Shown: piece by piece, positions 44,222 to 53,585 of the stretch | Position numbering within the stretch: position 1 is the first letter of the stretch | Layout of the letters: each line of letters opens with the position of its first letter | Made by a program: the position numbers and the translations under genes | Notes under the pieces: generated by a model | What the model was told of the DNA's origin: nothing | The model's database searches: none | The model's input: only the letters and a program-made list of their open reading frames with translations | Origin: a virus | Lineage: Duplodnaviria; Heunggongvirae; Uroviricota; Caudoviricetes | Virus record (IMG/VR): IMGVR_UViG_3300037455_000543 | Span: 123,136-187,135 of that record | Reading direction: 5' to 3' (one strand) | Length of the DNA: 64,000 bases

Positions 44222-45703
44222 ATGGCTGATATTATAATTAATAAAGAAAATGAAAGTTTTTTGAAGCTTGATTGTGACGAAGAAATGAATCACAGAATCT
44301 ATAAACTGTTCTCAGCTTTCATGCCAGGTTATAGATTTAATCCTAGATATATTCATAAATTATGGGACGGAAAACATCACAGTTTTTCACCTATTACACA
44401 GCTATTACCCATTGGCCTTTACTCTAACCTTGTCAATTGGTGTAAACAAAATAATGTTTCCTACAAAGAAGTAGGCCTTGAAAATGCACATGAAACAATA
44501 GACAAGGAATGGCTACGTGATTTTATAAATGAACGAATTGAAAAATTCGATATAAGAGATTACCAGTTAAATGCTGTTCATGCAGCTCTTGAAAACAAAA
44601 AAGGCATTCTTTTATCATGTACTGGTTCTGGTAAATCTTTAATGATTTATTCGATTATTCGTTACTTGTTAGAAGTAAAGCATCTTAAAAAATTATGCCT
44701 TATAGTTCCGAACAAGGGACTTGTAAACCAGATGTATAATGACTTTATAGATTATGGTTGGAACGATATTGAACAATATTGTGAAAGACTTCATAGCGAA
44801 GTAAAAGCAACATACAAAGTTCCTGTTCTTATTTCTACTTGGCAATCATTACAAATGAAGCATCAATCATTCTTTGAGAATTATGATTGCCTTATCGTTG
44901 ACGAATGCCAAGGCACAAAAGCGAATGTCTTACGTAAACTTGTAAAATCTGCATACAATTCTGAATATAAGATTGGAACTACAGGTACATTGCCTGCAGA
45001 AGTAGCTGACCAGTTACAGATTAATGATGTATTAGGCGATGTTATTTTTGAATTAAAATCTAAAGAACTCATTGATAAAGGCTTCTTGTCGAACATAAGC
45101 ATAGCATGCTTGTTCCTTAAATATCCAGAAGAAATGGTCAAGGAAAATAAGGATAGGACTTTCCCGGAAGAAATCAAGATGGTAGAAGAATATCCTAACA
45201 GAAATTCCGTGCTTAAATACGTGATAGACCATTCAAAGAAAACGGACAATATGCTTATCCTTATAACTCATAAGGAGCATCTTAAAAGGGTAAAGGAATA
45301 TCTTGAAAATGAATATAAGGATAGACCTGTTAAAGTCATTAGTGGTGATGTAAAATCTAAGCTACGTGAAGATATAAGATTAAGTATAGAAAATGAAGAA
45401 GGTGTATTATTATTGGCTACATATCAAACATGTGCAGCAGGTGTTAATATTCCTAAACTTCATGATGTTTTCCTTTTTGCAGATAGCAAGTCAAGAATTA
45501 AAGTCCTTCAATCTATCGGTCGTGGATTAAGAACACACAAGACTAAAAATAAAGTTATCGTTTATGATATAATTGATGATTTATCTTATGTCAAACGAAC
45601 TGGCAACATAAAGAAAAATTATTGCCTTGATCATTTTGATGAAAGATATAATTATTATAAAGAACAAAGATTCCCTACAATAAAAAGAGATATTAAAATA
45701 TAA
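44222..45703 (+). CDS. SF2 DNA helicase, UvsW-like
   Basis: Motif I LSCTGSGKS, motif II DECQ, motif III TGT, motif VI QSIGRGLR. 493 aa, in a T4-like replication or recombination context. Confidence 0.6.
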   Translation: MADIIINKENESFLKLDCDEEMNHRIYKLFSAFMPGYRFNPRYIHKLWDGKHHSFSPITQLLPIGLYSNLVNWCKQNNVSYKEVGLENAHETIDKEWLRDFINERIEKFDIRDYQLNAVHAALENKKGILLSCTGSGKSLMIYSIIRYLLEVKHLKKLCLIVPNKGLVNQMYNDFIDYGWNDIEQYCERLHSEVKATYKVPVLISTWQSLQMKHQSFFENYDCLIVDECQGTKANVLRKLVKSAYNSEYKIGTTGTLPAEVADQLQINDVLGDVIFELKSKELIDKGFLSNISIACLFLKYPEEMVKENKDRTFPEEIKMVEEYPNRNSVLKYVIDHSKKTDNMLILITHKEHLKRVKEYLENEYKDRPVKVISGDVKSKLREDIRLSIENEEGVLLLATYQTCAAGVNIPKLHDVFLFADSKSRIKVLQSIGRGLRTHKTKNKVIVYDIIDDLSYVKRTGNIKKNYCLDHFDERYNYYKEQRFPTIKRDIKI

Positions 45704-45746
45704 ATAAATCACAAGTGAAAGTTTACATTAATGTGAGGTAAAACAA

Positions 45747-46337
45747 ATGAATACAATAGCAATAATCGCGGCAGTAGCTGCACTCGTAATCTTTGGTGTG
45801 CTTGTAGTAAAGTACATCAAGTCCAAAACAAATTCAAAGCCGAGAATCGACGTATTTGACGAAAACCTTGGCGATGATGAAACTATCAAGACAGCAAGTG
45901 AACTCTGTCAGGTAGAAAGCCATGGACCGGAACCAACTCCTGAACCGGACACTGACAATACCTATACACCGAAGGACACTTCTGAAATTGAAGTTGTAGA
46001 ACCGGAAGATATCAATCCGATTTCTCAAGAAAACCAGATTTGCCCGTTCGAGATTAAGACTCTCAAGAATGGCGATGTAATTAAGACTGATGCTGATAGA
46101 ACTGATGGCGTAGATCCTCTTGGTGAACTTGAAAAGATTATCGCTACAGCTCCGAAGACTAAAACTAAGAAGACCACTAAAAAGGTCACAAAGACCAAGA
46201 CTGTCAAGAAGGCTACTAAGAAGACTGCAAAGAAAACAAAGGCTACAAAATATGTAACACCTGTTATCAAGGTCGCTGAAGTCGATGCAATCGCTCCGAA
46301 AAAGCGCGGTCGTAAGTCTAAGAAGAAAGAAGGTTAA
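45747..46337 (+). CDS. membrane-anchored protein with a Lys-rich histone-H1-like C-terminal tail
   Basis: N-terminal TM helix AIIAAVAALVIFGVLVV. C-terminal KTKTKKTTKKVTKTKTVKKATKKTAKKTKATK...KKRGRKSKKK. Confidence 0.5.
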   Translation: MNTIAIIAAVAALVIFGVLVVKYIKSKTNSKPRIDVFDENLGDDETIKTASELCQVESHGPEPTPEPDTDNTYTPKDTSEIEVVEPEDINPISQENQICPFEIKTLKNGDVIKTDADRTDGVDPLGELEKIIATAPKTKTKKTTKKVTKTKTVKKATKKTAKKTKATKYVTPVIKVAEVDAIAPKKRGRKSKKKEG

Positions 46338-46340
46338 TAT

Positions 46341-46685
46341 ATGGCAGAATTGACTTGTCCAATTTGTGGTGAACCGGTTGAAAACCGTATGAAGTTGGGT
46401 GCACATATGTGGGCTAAGCATAAAGTCAAGCTCAAAGAATATGAAGCGCAGCAATTCAATACGCCGGCAGTAAACGAAGGCACCAAGGCTGCTGAAAAGC
46501 TCATTCAGCCCGAAATCGTAAAAGAATCCAAGGAATTCGTAAATGAACAGCCTGCTGCTTTTATTGACCGCGATTTAGTCAATGAAGCCAAGGATAAAGA
46601 TACTGATTTTGTAAAAGCTGTAAAGAATCCATACCGTGACCTCTATCCGTCTGATGGAGTAGTCATGAATGAATGGCTACATTAA
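46341..46685 (+). CDS. C2H2-type zinc-finger protein
   Basis: CPICGEPVENRMKLGAHMWAKH. Confidence 0.45.
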   Translation: MAELTCPICGEPVENRMKLGAHMWAKHKVKLKEYEAQQFNTPAVNEGTKAAEKLIQPEIVKESKEFVNEQPAAFIDRDLVNEAKDKDTDFVKAVKNPYRDLYPSDGVVMNEWLH

Positions 46686-46707
46686 TAGCACAAAAATTCA
46701 AATAAAT

Positions 46708-46829
46708 GTTACCAAATTTTTACGTTTGGTAACATTTTTCTATATTTGTAAAATAAAGTTTACAATCATAAATAAAAAGGTTATCGGTTATAATAGATAT
46801 AAACTGGTCGACTTATATTGACCGATAAC
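46708..46829 (+). promoter_or_regulatory. regulatory region upstream of uvsX: perfect 9-bp inverted repeats plus a TATATTTG box
   Basis: GTTACCAAA..TTTGGTAAC (46708-46733). TATATTTG at 46741-46748. GTTATCGGT (46770-78) and ACCGATAAC (46821-29) flank a GTCGAC-centred spacer. Confidence 0.35.
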
Positions 46830-46872
46830 TAAAAGACCATGATGACAAAAACTTAAAATATGAGGTAAAAAG

Positions 46873-48036
46873 ATGGCAAATAAATTGCTCGCTAAAATGA
46901 TGAAAGAAAAGGCTTTCGCCGACATGCTCAGAACCGAACAAAAACCGATTGAATGGTTGAGCACAAACTGTATTTCAGTAAACCTGTTGCTCTCAGGTAA
47001 AATTAAGGGCGGTATCAAGAAAGGTTCAATCAGTATGATTGCAGCCGGTTCCGGTTGGGGTAAATCTATGATTGGCTACGCAGTTCTTAAGTCTGCACAA
47101 GATTCTGGTATGAACTGCTTTATTGTCGATACTGAAAACTCTGTTAACTACGAACTTCTTACTAAACTCGGAATTAACATGAAAGAAGTCGGTGTATTTG
47201 GACCGACAAACCGAATTCCAAAAATCAAACAGTTCATTACAAAGCTCATGAGTGGTCTTACTCTTGATGAAGCACGTAATACTTTCCTTCTTTTCGACTC
47301 CTGGGGCCCGATTATCGAAGAACAGGTCATTGAAAAGGCTGAACAGGCATCAAGTGCTGTAAACATGTCTTCTGCAAAGTTTAAGAACGAACTTGCAAAC
47401 CTTCTCTTGAGTGCTGGTTTTACTACCCTCGTTATGAACCACGTTTATGCTTCTCTCGAAATGTATGGTGATCCGTATAAGATTCCAGGTGGTATGAGAA
47501 TCATATTCAATGCTGAAAACATTATGCTTGGTTCTTCTACTAAGAAGGAAAAGGACAAGGATAAGAACATTCTCGGTAAGGTCATTACTGCTGGTGTTGC
47601 TAAGGGCCGTTCTGCTAAGGAATTCGTAAAGACTCAATATCTTATTCTCCATGCTGGTGGTATTTCTCCTTATTATGGTCTATTAGATGAAGCTATTGAT
47701 TGTGGTATCGTCTATAAACCAAAACCGGGATATTATGCTCGAATCGGTTATGACGTCCAGGTTGATAAGGAAACTGGTGAACTTGGTAAGCCAGAAAGAG
47801 TATGGAAAGAATCTGAACTTTACTGTGCTAAATTCTGGATTCCACTTTATAAGGATGAAACATTTAGACACTATGTTGAAGCTAAGTTCGCATTCGAAGA
47901 CCAGGTATTGATTAACGCTTCTGAAGACATTATGAAGTTGATGGAAAAGGAAGATGCTGATTTAAGTGAAAACACAGGTATCGATCCGAATGTTGCGGCT
48001 TCAGGTGAAGACGAAGATTACGACGAAGAAGATTAA
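46873..48036 (+). CDS. uvsX: UvsX/RecA-family recombinase
   Basis: GISPYYGLLDEAIDCGIVYKPKPGYYAR aligns to T4 UvsX GIDPYSGLLDMALELGFVVKPKNGWYAR. MNHVYAS aligns to INHTYE and FWIPLY to FWGPLF. Acidic C-terminal tail. Confidence 0.85.
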   Translation: MANKLLAKMMKEKAFADMLRTEQKPIEWLSTNCISVNLLLSGKIKGGIKKGSISMIAAGSGWGKSMIGYAVLKSAQDSGMNCFIVDTENSVNYELLTKLGINMKEVGVFGPTNRIPKIKQFITKLMSGLTLDEARNTFLLFDSWGPIIEEQVIEKAEQASSAVNMSSAKFKNELANLLLSAGFTTLVMNHVYASLEMYGDPYKIPGGMRIIFNAENIMLGSSTKKEKDKDKNILGKVITAGVAKGRSAKEFVKTQYLILHAGGISPYYGLLDEAIDCGIVYKPKPGYYARIGYDVQVDKETGELGKPERVWKESELYCAKFWIPLYKDETFRHYVEAKFAFEDQVLINASEDIMKLMEKEDADLSENTGIDPNVAASGEDEDYDEED

Positions 48037-48040
48037 TTTA

Positions 48041-48070
48041 AAAACCGGGTTAAAAACCCGGTTATTTTTT
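48041..48070 (+). terminator. rho-independent terminator
   Basis: AACCGGGTT-AAAA-ACCCGGTT followed by ATTTTTT. Confidence 0.5.
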
Positions 48071-48099
48071 AAAACAAAAAATAACTTACAAAAAGTTTC

Positions 48100-48107
48100 T
48101 ATATTTG
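48100..48107 (+). promoter_or_regulatory. -7 box TATATTTG
   Basis: GTTTCTATATTTG lies 7 nt before the ATG at 48115. Confidence 0.4.
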
Positions 48108-48114
48108 AGGTAAT

Positions 48115-48651
48115 ATGAAAGAAACACTAATTGTAAACCTATATGCTGGCCCTGGTTCAGGTAAATCAACGTGCGCCGCTTATGTATTTTCAAAATTAAA
48201 AATGGCTGGTGTAAATTCAGAATATGTTACAGAATTTGCAAAAGATAAAACTTGGGAAGAAAATCAGAAAGTTTTAAATTGTCAGTTCTATATATCTGGT
48301 AAACAGGCATTCCGACTTGCTAGAGTATATGGCAAAGTTGATGTTGCCGTTACTGATAGTCCGATTATATTGGGTTCATTCTATACCGATGAAGAATATA
48401 TCAAGATTGCATGTGTTGGTGAAGACAGTAAATATAAAAATCAGCTCAACTATTTTATAGAACGTAAAAAGGCATATAATCCTTCCGGCAGAAATCAAAC
48501 TGAAGAGGAAGCCAAAGAAATTGACATAAAAGTTAGAGCCATGTTAGATAAGCTTCAAAAACATTACGTGTCAGTTGAAGGAACACTAGAAGGTTATGAC
48601 TGGATAGTAAACGATATTTTGAATCATCTACAAAAACAAAATTCAAAATAA
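48115..48651 (+). CDS. P-loop nucleotide or polynucleotide kinase-like protein (AAA_33/PNK-kinase-like)
   Basis: Walker A YAGPGSGKST closely resembles T4 Pnk GCPGSGKST. 178 aa with no phosphatase domain. Confidence 0.45.
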   Translation: MKETLIVNLYAGPGSGKSTCAAYVFSKLKMAGVNSEYVTEFAKDKTWEENQKVLNCQFYISGKQAFRLARVYGKVDVAVTDSPIILGSFYTDEEYIKIACVGEDSKYKNQLNYFIERKKAYNPSGRNQTEEEAKEIDIKVRAMLDKLQKHYVSVEGTLEGYDWIVNDILNHLQKQNSK

Positions 48652-48659
48652 AACACATT

Positions 48660-48684
48660 AAGTCCCTCGCCTGGGACTTTTTTT
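48660..48684 (+). terminator. rho-independent terminator
   Basis: AGTCCC-TCGCCT-GGGACT followed by TTTTTTT. Confidence 0.5.
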
Positions 48685-48685
48685 C

Positions 48686-48693
48686 TATATTTG
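48686..48693 (+). promoter_or_regulatory. -7 box TATATTTG
   Basis: TTTTTCTATATTTG, 53 nt before the ATG at 48746. Confidence 0.35.
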
Positions 48694-48745
48694 CTTACAA
48701 ATAGTTACGGTTATCCTGTTTAATAAATAAGGATAAAGGTAAAAA

Positions 48746-50104
48746 ATGACAGATAATGAATTTGAACAAGTTGTAATTAAGACTATATATGCTAATCCAT
48801 CTGCATCAAGTAAAATTGTTCCAGAATTAGATCCGAATTGGTTTATTCAGGTTGATCATAAGTATATTGTTGATGCTATTGCAAGTTATAATGGTAAATA
48901 TTCTACTTTGCCGAATGCTATAGAAATTAAGAGACTGCTTTCTGATGAAAGAAGTATTGAAGAATTCGAAAAATGTATGGCAATTCCGGATAGTGATGTT
49001 AATACGCCATTTATTCTTGATGAGATTCAGACATTCGTAAGAAAAAGACTTGGTAGACAAGTATGTATGGCATATAATGAATATTGCTCTACAGGCAAGG
49101 CAAAAATAAGCTTTGCTGATGAAATGGCATATGCACAGTCTTTTACATTCGACGATAAAATTGGTTTTGCATTTTGTGAAGAACCAGAAAAAGTATATAA
49201 CGGAATTATTACTAATGAAAAGGTAATTCCATTAGGCTGTGCAACGCTTGATGAGATGATTCATGGTGGTGCACATGAAAAGAGTATGACATTGGTTATG
49301 GCACCGACTAACGTTGGTAAAACATTATTCCTTTGTTCATTTACGACTTCTGCAATTTTAAACGGTAAGAAAGTATTATATATTACTTTCGAAGACTCTG
49401 AAATTAAAATTGGTCAGAGAATTACACAGAACTTATTTGATATTACTCAGACACAATTATATTCTTTGTCCAAAGAGAATTATGGTAAGCTTTGGAAGAA
49501 ATCAATGTCTCAGATTGGACATAACAAGCTTATCATTAAAGAATATTCTGCTGGTTCTGTAAATGCTCTTATGTTACGTGCTCTTATTAAGGAACTTAAA
49601 GAGAAAAAAGACTTTGTTCCTGATATGATAGCAGTTGACTATATTGGATGTATGATTCCTAATGGTCGTTATAATTCTGATATGAATGATAACTCTAAGC
49701 TTCGTTCTGTTTGTGAAGAAGTAAGAGCAATCGGTATGGACATGGGCATTCCTATCATATCTGCTGCACAGGCTAACAGAGGTGGTTATGGTAAAGCTGA
49801 AATTGGTCTTGATGATGCTGCTGACTCTTTTGGTCAGACAATGAAAGCAGACGTTATTTTTGGTGTTACTCAGACACCAGACCTCAAGTCTGCGAATATG
49901 TATACGGTCAAGTTGCTTAAGACCAGATATGGTCAACCTCCTGCACCGATGGTTACAATCGGTGTCGATATTGAAAAACAAAGAATATATGATTTGAAGA
50001 CATTCAGTAATATTCAACCGACTGGAACAAATTACAATACTGAAGACGAAACGGTTATCGAATCTACTATTAAAGAACCGAACGTCAATAACTTTACATT
50101 CTAA
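48746..50104 (+). CDS. replicative DNA helicase, DnaB/gp41-like
   Basis: Walker A MAPTNVGKTLFL (T4 gp41 GAPNVGKS), Walker B IAVDYIG, arginine-finger region AAQANRGG. 452 aa. Confidence 0.8.
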   Translation: MTDNEFEQVVIKTIYANPSASSKIVPELDPNWFIQVDHKYIVDAIASYNGKYSTLPNAIEIKRLLSDERSIEEFEKCMAIPDSDVNTPFILDEIQTFVRKRLGRQVCMAYNEYCSTGKAKISFADEMAYAQSFTFDDKIGFAFCEEPEKVYNGIITNEKVIPLGCATLDEMIHGGAHEKSMTLVMAPTNVGKTLFLCSFTTSAILNGKKVLYITFEDSEIKIGQRITQNLFDITQTQLYSLSKENYGKLWKKSMSQIGHNKLIIKEYSAGSVNALMLRALIKELKEKKDFVPDMIAVDYIGCMIPNGRYNSDMNDNSKLRSVCEEVRAIGMDMGIPIISAAQANRGGYGKAEIGLDDAADSFGQTMKADVIFGVTQTPDLKSANMYTVKLLKTRYGQPPAPMVTIGVDIEKQRIYDLKTFSNIQPTGTNYNTEDETVIESTIKEPNVNNFTF

Positions 50105-50114
50105 TTGAGGATAT

Positions 50115-50495
50115 ATGATAAACGAAGATAACTTATTGATTAATGAAGACTATGTTGACGGTTGTTCTAAGGACGGTTTCTATAAAATCCTCAAGGACAA
50201 TGGTATCGACATGGATAACATTGATCCAAATGACAAATTACCAGAATTCTTAATCAAGGTAATTAAAAATGAACCTGCTGAATACAACAAGTTCAATAAC
50301 ATCCTTTATAAGCTTCATAAGAACAATATTATCAATATACTTGATTCTATAGCTTATATCGAAGATGATTGGCTTGAATCTGCAGTTTTATTGAAATGTC
50401 TTGACGAACTGAATTATTTCTCGCTTAGAAGCGAACTTAAGAAGAAATATAAGATAACTCCTGAACAAAGTGGCCTAGAAAGTCTTTTTGCATGA
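50115..50495 (+). CDS. hypothetical protein (126 aa)
   Basis: ORF. Confidence 0.45.
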   Translation: MINEDNLLINEDYVDGCSKDGFYKILKDNGIDMDNIDPNDKLPEFLIKVIKNEPAEYNKFNNILYKLHKNNIINILDSIAYIEDDWLESAVLLKCLDELNYFSLRSELKKKYKITPEQSGLESLFA

Positions 50496-51121
50496 TAGAT
50501 AAATACCAAATTTATATGCTCTATAAGAGCATCAAGAAGATTTGGGAAGGTAAACGTTTTAATACCGTTCTAGTGAACGATATGTTAAATGATACACTTG
50601 AAGAATTCTTGATTAATCAGTTTATTCAATCCAATAGCAGGGTTGAATATATGTCTAATTATTTCATTCCTTTGGTTAATGAAATTAACTGCAATATTAC
50701 TGATATTGAGCATTGGACTATGTATTTTATAGAAAAATGCCTCGTAGACAAGAAATTTCCCAAACCGGACGAAATTAATAATATAAATAAAATGAAAGGC
50801 TACATGATTTTTAAAAAGCGTCCAATCATAGCTGCTCAAATTAACGAGATAAATAAACTTATCGAAGCTAATGATGGCATCAATGAACTTTTCGATACGA
50901 AGTTCACTCTTTATGAGACCGACGGTAATCAAGAAAATCAAGCCTACAAACTATATAGAATGAGCAAAATTGACCCAGAATTTTATATACAGGGTTACCG
51001 AGCAAGAAAATTTGAGATAAATAAGGATTTGGTTAAAGATATTGATTACAAAAGGTTTATTACATTCACAGAGATCATTATTAAATTACAATCAGAAATC
51101 TCAGATAAAAATGTAAAGTAA
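50492..51121 (+). CDS. possible gp59-like helicase loader (209 aa)
   Basis: Size and position (immediately upstream of the gp32-like gene, as in T4). Weak N-terminal similarity YQIYMLYKSIKKIWEGK to T4 gp59 YKLYLMIKQHMNGK. Confidence 0.3.
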   Translation: MIDKYQIYMLYKSIKKIWEGKRFNTVLVNDMLNDTLEEFLINQFIQSNSRVEYMSNYFIPLVNEINCNITDIEHWTMYFIEKCLVDKKFPKPDEINNINKMKGYMIFKKRPIIAAQINEINKLIEANDGINELFDTKFTLYETDGNQENQAYKLYRMSKIDPEFYIQGYRARKFEINKDLVKDIDYKRFITFTEIIIKLQSEISDKNVK

Positions 51122-51143
51122 AAGAAACATTTTGTTTTGTTTC

Positions 51144-51176
51144 TATATTTGATATTGTCAATCGAATGAACGATTG
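51144..51176 (+). promoter_or_regulatory. -7 box TATATTTG plus leader hairpin upstream of the gp32-like gene
   Basis: TATATTTG at 51144-51151. CAATCG-AATGAA-CGATTG hairpin at 51159-51176. GAGGAAAAA RBS. Confidence 0.35.
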
Positions 51177-51203
51177 AGAAAACATAAAGAGGAAAAATAA
51201 AAT

Positions 51204-52304
51204 ATGCCAATTAAAAGAAGCTTTAGCAATATTTACAGTGAGATGGACAAGATCAATGTAAATCGCAAGAAAGATAACAATGAAAAGAAGAATTACGAGA
51301 TCGAAGGCTTATTCAAGCCGAAGATGGTAAACGGTAAGTTTTCTATCGTTCTCCGTTTCCTTCCGTCACATCCGGATGAAGAACTTCCGTGGATTGAAAA
51401 CCGTAACCACTTGTTCCAGCTTGATAATGGTGCATGGTTTGGTTGTGACTGTGCAAAGAAGTGGAATGAACCGTGTCCGATTTGCGACTATAACTCCAAG
51501 GTTTGGGAAAAGTACGGTCGTACTGATGAAGCCCGTGCAAAGGTAAAGGCAAAGTGGCGCCCGAACTACTACTCCAACGTTTATATTGTAAAGAATGATA
51601 ACCAGCCTGATACTGTTGGTAAGGTTTACCGTCTTCAGTATGGTCGTGCCATTATGAAGAAGATTCAGGAAGCTATGGAAAATAAGGATGATCCGGAATT
51701 GGGAATTATCCCGGGCATCAATCCGTTCTCCTGGTGGGGTCCAAATGATGAAGCTGTTATTAAAGGTGAAGAAAAGGCAGGTGCAAACTTTGTTTGGGAA
51801 GCTGTTCAGGGTTCTAACGGTCCTAACTATGATTCTTCTCACTTTAACCCGGCACGTCGTATTTCTAAGTTCGGTCCGGATGGCAAGCTCCATAACATGA
51901 CTGACGACGAAATCGATACTATTGAATCTCAGCTTTACACTCTTAAGGACATCGAAATCCAGAAGGATCAGATTCGTTCTTATCAGCAGATTCTTGAATT
52001 CTACCGCAAGAAGTCTGGTGAAGACCTCATGGCTGAATTTACTGATGGTTCCAGTGATTATGCTGCAACTACTACCAAGTCTAACTTCCAGACTCAGGAA
52101 GCTGACGATGATGAAATGTTTGCAGGCACTCCGCTTGAAACTAAGAAGCCGGTCAAGGAAACAGTTGTTAAGGCAGATTTTAACAATTCTATGCCGTTCG
52201 ACGAAGGAACAGAATCTGAAACTTCTGACGAAGCAGAAACCGGTATGGTCGATGCATCTGAAGAGGATGATGATGACTTCTTCGCTCGTTTAGCTAATGG
52301 CTAA
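51204..52304 (+). CDS. ssDNA-binding protein, T4 gp32-like
   Basis: Zn site H..C.C..C.C (HLFQLDNGAWFGCDCAKKWNEPCPICD). GKVYRLQYGRAIMKKIQEAM aligns to T4 GKVFKYRFGKKIWDKINAM. Acidic C-terminus EEDDDDFF. Confidence 0.8.
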   Translation: MPIKRSFSNIYSEMDKINVNRKKDNNEKKNYEIEGLFKPKMVNGKFSIVLRFLPSHPDEELPWIENRNHLFQLDNGAWFGCDCAKKWNEPCPICDYNSKVWEKYGRTDEARAKVKAKWRPNYYSNVYIVKNDNQPDTVGKVYRLQYGRAIMKKIQEAMENKDDPELGIIPGINPFSWWGPNDEAVIKGEEKAGANFVWEAVQGSNGPNYDSSHFNPARRISKFGPDGKLHNMTDDEIDTIESQLYTLKDIEIQKDQIRSYQQILEFYRKKSGEDLMAEFTDGSSDYAATTTKSNFQTQEADDDEMFAGTPLETKKPVKETVVKADFNNSMPFDEGTESETSDEAETGMVDASEEDDDDFFARLANG

Positions 52305-52372
52305 TAAACAATTTTAAAATATGGGTATAAGTAAAATTATACCCGTATTTTTATTATCTTTAGGTAATTTTT

Positions 52373-52714
52373 ATGAAAAAAGAAACAAAGAAAACAAAGA
52401 AAACAGAAAAGAAGTTTGACTTCGAACGTGCACATCATATTGCAGATTTGCTTGGAACACTTACACAGTTCATGCCATCATATAATATCGATAGTGGTAT
52501 AATTCCATGTCTTTCAAGAGAATTCGTGTTCAAGAATTTACTCGGTTTTAGTGATGAAGAATTTTTGAAGAATGAAGAATTACTTTTTAATGAAGCAAAT
52601 ACCATTATTCAGGCTATTGCAAAGAACAAGGAATCATTTGAACACTTCTCTAATGAACTTACAGAAAAAATTAGTACAAATACAAAAGCATCTAAAAAGG
52701 AAAAGGCAAACTAA
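52373..52714 (+). CDS. hypothetical protein (113 aa)
   Basis: ORF. Confidence 0.45.
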   Translation: MKKETKKTKKTEKKFDFERAHHIADLLGTLTQFMPSYNIDSGIIPCLSREFVFKNLLGFSDEEFLKNEELLFNEANTIIQAIAKNKESFEHFSNELTEKISTNTKASKKEKAN

Positions 52715-53487
52715 TGATTGATACAAATTCTATGTATGGCAATGTTGCTGAAGAACAAGATGAATTTCAGCTTATCCAGAAGCGTATGGCTGAAAATGCA
52801 AAGAAGCTCGCCGAAGCAAAGAAGAAAGCTGAAGCAAAGTCTGATGAAATTGTAATTCCTGATTTCCCGAAAGAATATGATGCTAATACTGCTCTTGATA
52901 CTATGTTCAATATGCAGAGAGCATTACAGAATATTCTTGCTAAGAAGCGTGGAACTTTAGCACCGGATAATGACAAGGATAACTTTGAAAACGCTCGTCG
53001 TTCTGGTTATTTCATGATGTCTACCGTTACCGAAATTTGGGAATTCTTTGATCAGCTCAAGAAAGATAATTATGAAATTACTGATCTTGTTAAGTATGAA
53101 ATTATCGATGCTTGGCACTTCGTAATGAACCAGTTGCTTTATCTTAAGTATTCTCCGAAGATGAAGTTGCAGGAAATCTATGACCATGCAACAGAAGATT
53201 TGAAGACTGGAACAATTGGAACTTCTGACCTTCATTATCTCGTTGGTGAATTTATCGAAGCTGTCGGTGAACTCTACCAGAATTCGAGCTATAAGGATTG
53301 GAAGACCTACGACGTTTGGAAGGAAGACCCGCTCAAGATTCAAGAACTTGGCGATGTAATGTTGATTAAGTTCTTCAAGATCTTTGTAGCAATCAACCTT
53401 ACGCCTGACCAGATTTATCAGTTCTATTACAACAAGAACATTGAAAATGTAATGAGACAGAAGTCTGGCGGTCGTTACGAAAAGTAA
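52714..53487 (+). CDS. putative all-alpha NTP pyrophosphohydrolase (MazG / dimeric-dUTPase-like)
   Basis: ExxExxGE-type motif LVGEFIEAVGEL and TEIWEFFDQ. Weak. Confidence 0.3.
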   Translation: MIDTNSMYGNVAEEQDEFQLIQKRMAENAKKLAEAKKKAEAKSDEIVIPDFPKEYDANTALDTMFNMQRALQNILAKKRGTLAPDNDKDNFENARRSGYFMMSTVTEIWEFFDQLKKDNYEITDLVKYEIIDAWHFVMNQLLYLKYSPKMKLQEIYDHATEDLKTGTIGTSDLHYLVGEFIEAVGELYQNSSYKDWKTYDVWKEDPLKIQELGDVMLIKFFKIFVAINLTPDQIYQFYYNKNIENVMRQKSGGRYEK

Positions 53488-53496
53488 TAAAAATTG

Positions 53497-53520
53497 GGAA
53501 AGCAATTTCCCATTTTTATT
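53497..53520 (+). terminator. rho-independent terminator
   Basis: GGGAAA-GCAA-TTTCCC followed by ATTTTTATT. Confidence 0.5.
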
Positions 53521-53567
53521 AAATTCTTAAATATTTTTCATCATGTAAACTTTTATATATAAAATTC

Positions 53568-53575
53568 TATATTTG
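53568..53575 (+). promoter_or_regulatory. -7 box TATATTTG
   Basis: AAATTCTATATTTG lies 10 nt before the ATG at 53586. Confidence 0.4.
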
Positions 53576-53585
53576 TAATTAGTAA

